Below, piece after piece: positions 1 to 12,185 of a DNA stretch of 64,000 bases. A program made the position numbers and the translations under genes. Each line of letters starts with the position of its first letter. Position 1 is the stretch's first letter. Source of the stretch: Zootoca vivipara (Eukaryota); NCBI RefSeq assembly GCF_963506605.1, contig NC_083292.1, positions 35,154,001 to 35,218,000 on the forward strand, given 5' to 3'. The notes under the pieces are model-generated. The model was not told where the DNA came from and ran no database searches. It saw only the letters and a list, made by a program, of their open reading frames with translations.

Positions 1-3000
1 GAGGTCTGATCAAGAAGGCAGAATTTGTACACATCTGACAGTGAAAAAAGACATGGGTATGCTGGCTGTGTGTGCAGCGAATGTGGACCCTAAACAGGGG
101 TCCTTCCTAGCCTTGAGGTGCTCTCAGTGGAGATGTCAGAGGCACCACACACTCTCTGACGCCAAGAGCTTTCCTGCACACATTGTGCGGAATCACAACA
201 GGATTCTAAGAATGTTAAGAAGACCCCTACTGCTGGGGTCAGCCAAAAGGGCCCATCTCAGCCAGTGTCCCGCTCTCACAGTGGCCAAGCAGGTGCCACG
301 GTGGGAAGCTTGCCGAAAGGACCCAAGTTCAATGGCCAGCTTCCCCACCTGTGATTCAGAGGCATATTGGGCTGGTACTGTTCCAGACTGCAGGCCCCGT
401 GTGAGTGCCACAGCATTCAATCCTTCCCCATAAGAAAACACAGAAGCCTGCATTGCATGTAGAAAGCTAGCAAATCAGGGGGAAAGGCTGAAATCCCTTC
501 CTTAGCCATGAATAACATGAGAAGAGCCCTAAGGCTGGATCAGGCAGCCAACCTATTGCCAGCTGAGCCCCACTGATTTTTGGCTGCCCATGATTTCATT
601 GCACTGAAAGAAAACCAGCTTTGCAAACTGTCATTTAAGCTAGTCACCTGTGGCGAGTCGGTCTTGCCTTCAGGCAATCAGAGAGGTGTGTGTGACCAAA
701 AATTGCTGCTTACTGTCACTCCACATATTGCTAGCCTAGGTGCATAGGAGACTGACGCTTGTGGATTTGTTTGCAAGCCAAGCTCCTTCCACCAGGAAAG
801 AGGGAAAATTAGCTGCTACTCTTATTCAAACAGGAATAAAAAGTCACATTTTCAAGATCCCGCTTTATATTAAAACTTGGTGCAAGAGGGAGACAAGCCA
901 GTGTGTCCTGAATTCAGGGGTCTTTGCTTGTTAACCCCACCAATTAACTGACAGGAGGTCAACCTCTAATCCTCAATTAACACGTAGTCAGCCAATTAAT
1001 TTGGTTCAAGCAGGGAATTAGATTTTCTAGGAGATGAACAAGCCAGGCACCACGAATATTTCTGGCCCCTGTGAAGGAGCTGCACACTGCAGGGTCTCAA
1101 CAAAAACGGGGGAGAGAGCAAAGAGGAAGACTGATTCTAAGGGGAATGCTCCATGAAAAGCCAGAAAGGGCGTGCGGCAATAAATTTTAAACTAGAGAGA
1201 CTGCAATATAAAGAAAATGAGCGATATAAGAAAAGTTCCAGAATTTTCACAAGGAAAGAGGATATACCTGAACTCCATACTCATCGCAACCTTGGAAAGA
1301 TTCTCCCTTTCAGGAAGGGATTTGTAAGCAGGGTCTGGGTCAAACAGTGACCTGGAAGTGGAATCGCTGGGCAACCAGCAGTGGCCGCCACTTCCTGTCA
1401 CTCGGAGACGGGGCGATGTCATCCAGCGGTAACCAAGCGCTGCTGCCATGCTTTATGACATCACATAGGGCTTTTTTTTTTGTTGGCAACGAACCCCCCC
1501 TCCCAAAATCAGTGTTGTAACAGGAAAATTGTCTCTGCCCTTGACTTCGGCTGACCAATGGGCACTGTGTGTAAATTTATGCTGTTGGCAGTTTATTTTG
1601 TGCACACGACTAGAGCTTTTGTAAAATTAAGGCTGGGAGGGTGTGTGTGCCTCAAATACTAGAGAGGAACAGTTGAAAGGGAGGAGCAGAATAACTAGGA
1701 ATGGGGCTGAAGGAGAGATGGAGGGCTGGGCAGAGCATGCTCATGAACACGCATATCCCCCATGCACTAAGCATCAGACACACAGGCGATGTATACATTA
1801 ACATACCAAAACACAGGGAGATCATTCTCTCCTTGACCCCCCACACTTTTCAAGTCACATTTTAACACTGTCATACACAGCCGGCAGCCGTGCCTTCACC
1901 TGAAGTGCATTAATGTACCTGATTCCTTTCCCTAGGCCTGCAACTTCTCCCAAAACTCCTATTAAGTGAAGCTGTCATCTGAGCATGCTCAATGGCTGTC
2001 TCAAATGGACACACCTCACAAGCTTAACGGTGAGTTATTTTTCCAAATCGGATGGAAGCAGGTTTGAGGGAAAGCACACCGAACAGCAGGATTTCTCCAG
2101 AAAGTACAGGATACATATGGCATGTGGGTCGTGTGGCGTGTGCTCGGCTTCAGAAACCAGCAGTGGGAGAGCACCAGACGAGGAGTATAGGGTAATGTGC
2201 ACATGACCACACATTCCCCTTGTACTAAGCCTCAAAAGCCACAGCTTTTCTGTTTTTACACGTTTGCAGCACTCCCAAGAGGACTAGGCGCATGCTCCTA
2301 CTAAAGAGGGATTTCTGAAGAGGTGGAATTCCATGTTATAAGGAACCCCAGCGCAAGATTCTACCGATACAGGGGCCATACATTTTCAAAACCTCTGCTA
2401 CCATGCGGCCCAAATGATTCCCTCCATGCTTTTCAAACTTTTCTCTGACACATTGAGGGATGGAAGCCCGAGGGGCTCTTATAAGTCTCTAGATGAGAGC
2501 TGCACTTCTTAGGATCCTAACAAGAGCATCAGGCCTCGGCTTCAAGACATCATAGCATGCACTGTGCCTCAGGTATGAAACTGCAAGAGGACACCAGTGC
2601 ACCCACAGAGCTCCGTACGATCAGAAGACGGACACATTAACTTCAAGCACACTGAAGCTCCACGAGCAATGAGTTGGATTACGTTTCGGTATAACGGATT
2701 GCATCCAGCTAAATCCTACTCTAGTCTAGACCCATCAAAATCACGGCCATGATGAACTAGAATCCATCAATGGTCTTACTCTGAGTAGGATTTAGCGTGC
2801 TTCAATCCCAATCTGTGTCATGAGCTTTGCCTATTCACTTCATGCCATGAAATCACTTCATGGTTTATGAAAACTGTAATCGGGTCCTTAGCCTTTCAGT
2901 CATCATTTTTTTGTTGAAGCTTTTTTTTGGGGGGGGGGGGAACCAACTCCTTGCAATTATTTCTTCCTTTGATAGCGATCTTAGATTTTTCCCTCCCGCC

Positions 3001-5009
3001 CTCCCTCTCTCTACAGGCATGTGGGACTGGTGTGGCCAATGTTGCACAGCTCTCCCCCAGCACAGATGGCTTTATGTCACACTTCAGGAGGGGGGCGGGT
3101 GGAACAAAGCGTCAAGCACACTAAACTTTAATCAATATCAAGCGAGGGGAAATGCCATTCTGAAAGGAGACTGAGTGCCTGAAAAGGCTGTTTTCAGAAC
3201 CCATAGGTTCACACAGATCCTGACCTGCTCTGTAACCCTCAGCCTTTCACAGAAAGCAAAGGATTTGCAAAGGGGTGGGAGAACTGTGGCTCTCTGGAGC
3301 ACGTTGGACCCCCAGTTCCCGCCAGCCCCAGCAGTCAGCATGAGCCAAGGGGTCATTGTGGATGATGGGACTCCAGGCAGACCTGGAGGGCACCATATTG
3401 TTGAGTTCCAAAAGCAACCCTCCACTACAACTTCTTCACACTGTGCATAGCTGAGCTATGAACTTGCCCTCATAGAAGACCAGGACGGCTTTAAAAGTGG
3501 ACTGGACAAATTCACGAAAGAGAAAGCGATCAATGGCTACTACCACAGCCAGAGGCCATAGTGCTTCTGAATTCCTGGAAAATGCAGGAGGGCAGAGTGC
3601 TCTCGTGCTCTGGGTCCGCTTGGGGATTTCCCATGGGGATCTGGCTGGCCACTGCGAGAACAGGGTGCTGGACTAGATGGGCCACTGGCCTGATCCTGCA
3701 GGGCTCTTCTTATGTTCTTTATCAATGCAACGCCTGTCCTCCTGCTTCTTAACTTCCATCAGTCCTAACCACTGCCCATGCTAGCTGCTGTCGGCCAGAA
3801 TCTAACACCCTCTGGAGGTGCACAGATTTCCACGTCCCTAGCATAAAGAGCCTGCAGAGCTTCTCTCCCCACTTCTTTGGGGGCTTGGGGAAAGGCTGTG
3901 TATGCAGAAGTGTTGCTACAGGCATTATTTTACCTCGGGTGGAAAATACAGACTACCCCACTAACCCCCGATTAACATAGACACAACTGAGCAAGATCCT
4001 CTGCGGCGGATCAGTCCCCCTGGGTCTGATCTGTCCAGCTCTTCCAATTCCACCTGTCTCCTCTTGCCTGATGAGAGGGGTTGGGGTGGATGGCTTTAAA
4101 AGAGGACTAGACAAATTCAAGGAGGAAAGAGGTATCAATGGCTACCATCCATAATGGCTATGCTCTGCCTCCTCTAAGCTGCAAGACTTTTCTGACATTC
4201 TTAGGGGGTCTTCTCTGAGCAGTCGGTGACAGCCTTCTGCTAACCAAGCCCCACACCCCGAGCTCCCCGGAAGATCCTTCTGCTCGAGTGCAAAGGGAAC
4301 AAGAGGATGATGATGACCGGCGAGCAGGGGCGGAAGAGCAGATGGCAGGCAGGCAGCCTGGGCTGCTGCCATCAGCACTGCCACCCGCCAAACTGAGTGG
4401 CACCCATGGCGCTTCCTGCCTTAGAGACGCTTTGCTCCCTCCCACGGCTGGCACTGCGCCTCTGAGCTGCGCAAGTGAGTCAGGATTTCACATCTTGAGA
4501 TGGAGCCCATGTCAGTCAAACCTTGAGGCTGGTTGACACCTGTTCCCTCCCCCTGGACCAGTGATAAAGGCAGGGGCGGGCGGGCAGATTGAAGGATGTA
4601 GTGAGATACCCATGCACTGGGGGCAAAGAGACTACGGGTGTGGCCTCCTGGGAGAACAACTGTTCGCAATTTGGTTGACCAGTGTGAGAATAGGATGCTG
4701 GACTAGAGGGCCATTGGCCTGATCCAGCTGGCAAGGGCTCATGCTTTTGTGCAATGCCCACTGAGCACAGCATTCAAAACAAAGCAATCAACTCGAGCAA
4801 ACCCTTCCAGCAAAATACCAGAGCAGCTGAGATTTCACTAAAGAAGAACTGATGTAGGGATGTGGATGCCGGACCAACCCAGGGCCTTTTGCTGCCTGAG
4901 GCAATGGACAAGGTGGCAATGTCCCCCTTTCGCACAGAGAAACCAGCTGGAATGGTTCTTCCTCTGTTACCGGCAGCATGACTGAACTAAGCCAGGGTAT
5001 GGCTGGGGG

Positions 5010-5204
5010 TGAAGGGAAGAGCTACAGCTCAATGGCAGAGCACCAGCTTTTTGTGCAGAAGGTCGTGCGTGGAATTCCCACCATCTCCAGGTAGGGCCGG
5101 GAATGCCCCCTGCTTGAAACCCTAGAGATCCACTGCAAGTCAGTGAAGACAATATTGTGTTAGATGGACGAAGGGCCTGACTCGGTATGAGGCAGCTTCC
5201 TATG
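5010..5204 (+). mobile_element. Old tRNA-derived squamate SINE (representative; further copies near 12455, 14310, 19715-19890 [-], 22260-22420 [-], 25150 [-], 42030, 60470)
   Basis: Decayed A/B-box head (AGCTCAATGGCAGAGC) followed by a body shared among the copies (CATCTCCAGGTAGGG...TAGATGGAC...GGCAGCTTCCTATG). Confidence 0.75.
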
Positions 5205-5419
5205 TCACCTTCCACCTGAGGGCACCGCGTCAGCTCAGGGGTGCAGTGTGGCCCACACAGGAGGCATGACTCTGTCCCCTCCCAAGACCTCACTGCTATT
5301 GCCCAGCCTGAGACAGCCTGTTCTCTCTATGTCCTTTTAAACTGTTTTCGTTTGTTATTATGCTATGCATTTTTGTGTTTTTATATTGCAAACTGCACTG
5401 TGATTTTCCAATGAAGGGC

Positions 5420-5599
5420 NNNNNNNNNNNNNNNNNNNNNNNNNNNNNNNNNNNNNNNNNNNNNNNNNNNNNNNNNNNNNNNNNNNNNNNNNNNNNNNNN
5501 NNNNNNNNNNNNNNNNNNNNNNNNNNNNNNNNNNNNNNNNNNNNNNNNNNNNNNNNNNNNNNNNNNNNNNNNNNNNNNNNNNNNNNNNNNNNNNNNNNN
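5420..5599. other. Assembly gap (180 N)
   Basis: Run of N directly adjacent to a Bov-B fragment. Confidence 1.
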
Positions 5600-5792
5600 A
5601 CTTTCTTGGGCTCCATGATCACTGCAGATGGTGACAACAGTCACGAAATTAAAAGACGCCTGCTTCTTGGGAGAAAAGCAATGAGAAACCTAGACAGCAT
5701 CTTAAAAAGCAGAGACACCACATTGCTGACAAAGGTCTGTATAGTTAAAGCTATGGTTTCCCCAGTAGTGACGTATGGAAGTGAGAGCTTGA
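5600..5792 (+). mobile_element. RTE/Bov-B LINE ORF fragment
   Basis: Encodes FLGSMITADGDNSHEIKRRLLLGRKAMRNLDSILKSRD...KAMVSPVVTYGSES, typical of the Bov-B region after the RT domain. Confidence 0.92.
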
Positions 5793-6992
5793 CCCAGATC
5801 CAATAACACATTACTGTGTTCCTCTGAAGAAGAAAAAATGAACAGAAAGTGATTGGCAACAACTCCCCTCATTGCCTTTGGGAAAAGGAAAGGCCTAGGA
5901 AGGGGCACCCAAAGCAAATAAATTCAAAATAAGCAGACTGCAATTATTGTAAGTATGGCTTTTCTAATGTGATGAGTTAGATTTACATCATTTAAAAAAT
6001 GTCATCAAGTTAGGAACATGGGAATCTGTCACATACAGAGTCAGACCTTTCGTCCATCGAGCTCAGTGCTGTCTACACAGGCTGGCAGTGGCTTGCCAAA
6101 GTTTCAGACATGTAATGTTCACAGTCTTAAGACATTCCACAAGGTTGCACCGTATTGACAAGAACAAAAAGGGGAGATAAATAGATCATTGAGCCAAGGG
6201 TGCTCCTATCCTTCTTAAAGACAAATATGAAACTCCCTCCATACCAAGTTATGTCTTGCTGCTTTGTTCTTTTTAGATGACATGCAAAGACATACCTCCT
6301 TTGCCAAGCATTTGGAGCTTGAGGGTAGTATGGTTTGGATGGATTTGATGAATCTCTCCCCCAACTGTACTGTCATTTTATGGTGCTGCTTTGCTTTTTT
6401 TTTTATAAAAAAATATATATGTCGCTGTCATTTCCATTATTTGCTCATTATTACATTTGTATTGCTCTCTCCCCTGCACAAGGAGCTCAACGTGATGTAT
6501 GTGGGTTTCTCCCTCCTTGTTTTGTCCTCACAAGAACCCTGCAAGGTAGGCTCGGCTGAGAGATATCAATTGGTCCAGTCACCCCAGTATGATTCAAGGC
6601 TGAGTGGACGGTTTGAACCCTGGTCTCTCTCAGGTACTAGTCCGACACTGTCTGACCGCTACACCCCACCCGGTGTACTGAAGTTCTTATTTTACCTTCA
6701 GTACAGAGCCCTATGGCTGTAGGATGAAAGGTGGTATATATTCATTTATTCATGCACTGGCTCGCTCCACTCACCAACCAACACTCCCTGCCATTCCCCC
6801 CGCATTTACTCCCTAGTGCTTCTGCTTCCTACCCCATGCAACCACTAAGCTCAAATTTCTTGGTCTCTTTGGTTTTTCTTCATGGAAACCTAGGGTAAGG
6901 TACGACAAATCCTCCAGCGGGGCTGAATGATGGCAGCCTTACATATTTATGCATATAGGAAGATATACATGCAAACACAAAAGGGCTCCCTA

Positions 6993-7589
<597 letters not shown>

Positions 7590-7888
7590 CTATTGGCCAC
7601 AATGGCTAAAAACAGACACCCCACCCCCCAAGTGCAGAAGAAGTCAACCTCTCAATACTCATTGCTGGGAACAATACCAAACCAAACCCTAGAGGGCTTC
7701 TGCCTCTATACCCTGCTTGCTGGCTTCCCAGAGGCATCTGGTGGGCCACTGTGCAAAATGCCATTTGCATGGGTATGGTTTGAAGGCACACGGTTTCTGC
7801 TTTACAGAAGTAAATCAGGCCTGGGTCTGGTCTGTGCCTGGATGGGATACCTCCTGAGAACCACATGCAAGTTGCCTTGGGTTCCAGA

Positions 7889-8103
7889 TAGCGTTGCCAG
7901 ACTCAATAGAGGACAGGGCATCTGTGCCTTTCATTACCCTGCTCTCTTTTGAGTCTGGAAACCTTAAAGAGAAACCAGCAGACCCTTTGTTTAATTTCCA
8001 AGCAAAGGGTCTGCTGGTTTCTCTTTAAGGTTTCCAGACTCAAAAGAGAGCAGGGCAATTAAAGGCACAGAAGTCCTGTCCTCTATTGAGTCTGGCAACC
8101 CTA
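7889..8103. mobile_element. Fully palindromic hAT-type MITE (215 bp)
   Basis: Termini TAGCGTTGCCAG / CTGGCAACCCTA. The whole element is an inverted repeat around a loop near 7993-7999. Flanks GTTCCAGA / GTTCCAGG give a 7/8 TSD. Confidence 0.9.
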
Positions 8104-9258
8104 GTTCCAGGACTGGAGAAAAGGCAGGATATAAATGTAGGAAAATGAATGAATAAAGAGAGAGGAGTTTTCAAGTAAACTAGCAGTTTTCAAGTTTCTT
8201 TCATTTCTAATCCTTAGTTCAGTTATTTTCACATTGGTTTGTGATTTGCCTTCACGAAAACTGATCAGAATTCTAGTGTGAACTACACCCAGCATACAAT
8301 TTTGGATGCAACTCTGCCTAATACACACGTTTGCAAAGCAACTTCCCCTAATATGCATGCCTGTATATTATTTTCACTGATAAGATATATTTTTATGCAC
8401 ACTTGACCCCACTTGCCCAGAGAACTGTGTTGCAAAACTCAGCGAGGTGTGAATTTTGCAGGACAGCTGTTTCGATTCACGTATTGTTTCTGAAAGTGCA
8501 ATTTAGGTACTTTCACCTTTAAATGTGAACCAAACAGAATTTGTCCCTTATCCTTAATGACTGCTCCCCCCTCCTCTCAGAACAAGTAAAATACAGTTCT
8601 TCAGACACATACTGACATTTGACAGCCTTGCATGCAAGTTCTTAGAAGACATTAATCCACAAAAATATCTCACTATATTGCTTGCCCACATATTTTTAGG
8701 CACTCAACAGTCTAAGAGGGAAGCTTCTGCTGGAAGCAACTACTTGCTTGCCATATACGAGCCAAGGTGCTACATACAGCTGGGAAGCTTTTGAGAAGAA
8801 TGCTAGTCCTGATATACTATTTGATTTCCTTTATAGAGAATTGTTGGGTTCCTCTTGGGCAAGAATGGGAGTTCGGACATTTATTGCTTTGCGCGTGGCT
8901 GTATATGATGTGGATAAACGAGTAGCTTTAAAAAGCAGCTTGCTTTTATAGTGACATTTGAGACAGGATTTCGAGGACAGGAGTGTAGCAGACTGATAAT
9001 GAGTGTATCAGAACTAGAGATGTCAGAGAAGTCCATCAAAAATGGAAACAGAAATTTCTGGTGTCTGCTTATTCGTCCCATGCCCAGAATAGAAATTAAA
9101 TCCATCAAACACCAACATGTATTCACCATTTTCAGTCCACAAAGTAGATATAAATGAGGAGTTCTTCACCATTCAAACTGTGTTTCCTTAGCATTCATAA
9201 GAAAGGTGTGGAAACAAGTCCTTAATGACATTAAATCCATAAATTACTTAAATAAGTA

Positions 9259-9502
9259 CAGTGGTACCTCTACTTACGAATAATTCTACTTACAAATGTT
9301 TCTACTTACAAATGAAGCTCCGTCCGCCATCTTGGATGCGGTTTAGATAGGATTTTTTCTACTTACGAATTTTTAGATAGGGTTGCTTCGACTTACGATT
9401 TTTTTCTCCCAATGCATTCCTATGGGATTCGACTTACAATTTTTTTTCTACTTACGAATGTGCGTTCGGAACGCATTAAATTCGTAAGTAGAGGTACCAC
9501 TG
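9259..9502. mobile_element. Tc1/mariner (Tigger/pogo-like) MITE
   Basis: TA|CAGTGGTACCTCTACTTACGAA ... TTCGTAAGTAGAGGTACCACTG|TA, with internal ACTTACGA repeats. Confidence 0.92.
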
Positions 9503-11659
9503 TATGTCAAACAGTGCACAGCAAGACGAGTAACATAGTATTTGGCAGAAGCTGAACTGCAGTGGAATGGAAACAATGCTGTGACGAAGGCAGGTGGAAA
9601 CAGAAATCACCCTCATTCTTACATCCCTAATCAGAATATATGAAGCCGCTTGGGAATCAGACCATCTCCTCTGATTGGTGGGAGCTGCCCGCAGTCTTGG
9701 GTTTGGAGGTCTTTTCCAGAAATGCCTGTTTCAATGGAGATGCCAGAGGATGAATTTGGCTTCCTCCACACAAATCCTATGCTCCAGAACTGAGCAGTGT
9801 GCCTGTTCCTCTGTTTTTCTATCTCATCTCCCTTCCCCGTTTTTGCTCCTGATGTTGATGGGATTCAGTGTACACTTTTCACACCTCTTTATGTTCTATA
9901 GTGAAGGTTTATCACTTAACAATCATTTCCAAGCGCATTACATAACATGCAAACAAAAAAAAAGATTCCTAATGATTTGATGTTGCTGAATGGGCTCAGA
10001 AAACTCTATGCAGTCTTCTGCTGAAGCTCAGGACATCCTCATTCTTGATCCGAGTCTTGCTTAATGTAGTACCCTCTGGATGCTGCTGAACTCACAACTC
10101 CTGTTAGTCCCAGCAACAGTCAGCATGGCCAGATGTCAGGGAAGATGATGGGAGTTGGGAGCCTAGCAAGATCCAGAGGGCTGGGGAAGACTGGGAAAAA
10201 TAAAAACAATACACTGAGCCTCAGCAGAGGATAGCAGGATTTCCTACATCCTTTGATCTGGGGCTCCATGGATGACTCAGTGCAACCAGACCAAAGACTA
10301 CCCGGCTCTGTTGCAGTAAGAGATTAATAAGAACCCAAGAACATAATTAGAGTCCTGCTGAACCAGGTCAGTGGCCCATACAGTCCAGCATCCTGTTCTC
10401 ACAGTGGCCGACCAGATGCCTGTGCGAAAGCATAAAGCAAGACCCAAGCACAACTCTCTACTTTTGTGGCTTCCAGCAACTGGTATTCAGAGGCCTACTG
10501 CCTCTGACGGTGGAGGGAGAACATAGCCGTCATGGCTAGTAGCTGTTGAAAGCCTTCTCCATTAATTTGTCCAATTCTCTTTTAAAGCCAAAGTTTGTGG
10601 CCATTACTGCCTCCCGTGATGCATTGTGTGAAGAAGGTATTTTATCCGCTCTAGTGTTATGAGAGACGGACACTAAAAGCTATGACACTAAAGGCTCAGT
10701 CCCTGGTACGAACCAGGGAACCACAAGGTAATAGAGAACCACCAGAAGTGACCACTATCAGAAGCAGGTTGTCCTTAAGGCACTCAGTGCCCAAGTTGTT
10801 TAGGGCTCTGAGAATTAACGGAAGAACTTCGTTCCTGGTCCAGTAAGCAGACTGGTAGCGCCAGGACGCAACATAAGCTGTCACCGAGCCTCTGTGAGAA
10901 AAGTGGGGTATAAGTCTTCATGAGCAGCAAAACCGGCTCAATAAACAATACGTTGGGATGCTTTCATCTGTCCTCATACAACTTTTTATCACAGCCCTGA
11001 AGGCAAACCTCCCCCACCTCCGGAGCAGGCTTGGCTGGGAACGCATTTTGGAGGACAAGCCTGGAGCCAGAAGACAGTCAGGCATGCAGGGACATGTTTA
11101 GAGGGAAGATGTGCACTGCAGACTCTTTCTCTCTCCCCTCCCCCCTCCTCTCTCTCTGTGTGTGTGCAAACGCACACACTTAAGTGCATGTCTCAGAAAC
11201 CAGTCCTTGTCAGGTGATTAAATCATTCCACTGCTGATTAATCACCTCCTTGTTTAACCAATTCATTGATTCCATTTTGATAACGTTGCCTTTTTGACAA
11301 AAATTTCCAACACAGACGCTTTCTTTAAAAAAAGAGAGAAAAAGAAGCTTAACAAAAAAAGCAGTTAAAAACCCACCACCACCACTCTGAGTTAGAATGA
11401 AACAATACCTTTAACATTTTCTCTTCCCTTTTGCACCCAAACAAAAATAGCCTCACAAAACAGGCAGGTGGGTACTTAACACCAGCCCCACAAGCTAAAA
11501 TTCAGCATCACAGAGAAGAATTGTACCTCACCTACTGTATTACACATTTCAAAGCTTGCAAATGGGCTGCTGGATCAATCCTAAATTTGCTCAGAAGCAA
11601 TTCTCACTGAGTCCAAGGGGGTCCACGCTCAATTTAAGTAACAGATTAAGACTGTAGTC

Positions 11660-12185
11660 TTAGGAACATAAGAGGAGCCTGGCTGCTGGATCAGGCCAAT
11701 GGCCCAACTAGTCCAATACACTGTTTTTGCAGAGTCCAACCAGATGCAAGCAGGACCTTGGCCCAAGAACCCTCTTCTTTCCTGTGGTTTCCAGCAAGTT
11801 TAATCAGCCTTTTAGAACGGAAGCCAAGCACAGCAACTGTAGCCATTAATCACTGAAAGCCTATTCTCCCCTGATTTCTCCAATCCTCTTTTAAAGCCAT
11901 CCAAGTTTGTGGCCATCACTGTCTCCTATAGGTGTGAGTTCCATAGTTTAACTATGCGCTGTATGAGGAAGCACTTTCTTTTATCTGCCCTGAATCTTCC
12001 AACATTCAGCTTTATTGGACGCCCACATGTTTTCTAGGCTTACGAAAGAGGGAGGAAAACTTTGCTCTACCCACGCTCTCTATGCCATGCATAATTTTAC
12101 GAACTTCTATCATGTCATCTCTTACTTGCCTATTCTCTAAGCTAGCATGTCCCAAATGCTTCAACCTTTTCATGTAGGGGAGTTC
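11660..12185 (-). mobile_element. Decayed CR1 LINE 3' fragment (similar remnants at about 3480-3720, 10340-10640, 15770-16270, 23740-24150, 53600-53830)
   Basis: Motifs shared among the copies (CCTGAATCTTCCAACATTCAGC, TTTTAAAGCCATCCAAG, TAAGAACATAAGA-type tail). Confidence 0.75.

Noticed and set aside
9259-9502. CRISPR-like array of ACTTACGA repeats
   Set aside because: Short, irregular subterminal repeats within a TA-flanked MITE in a vertebrate genome.
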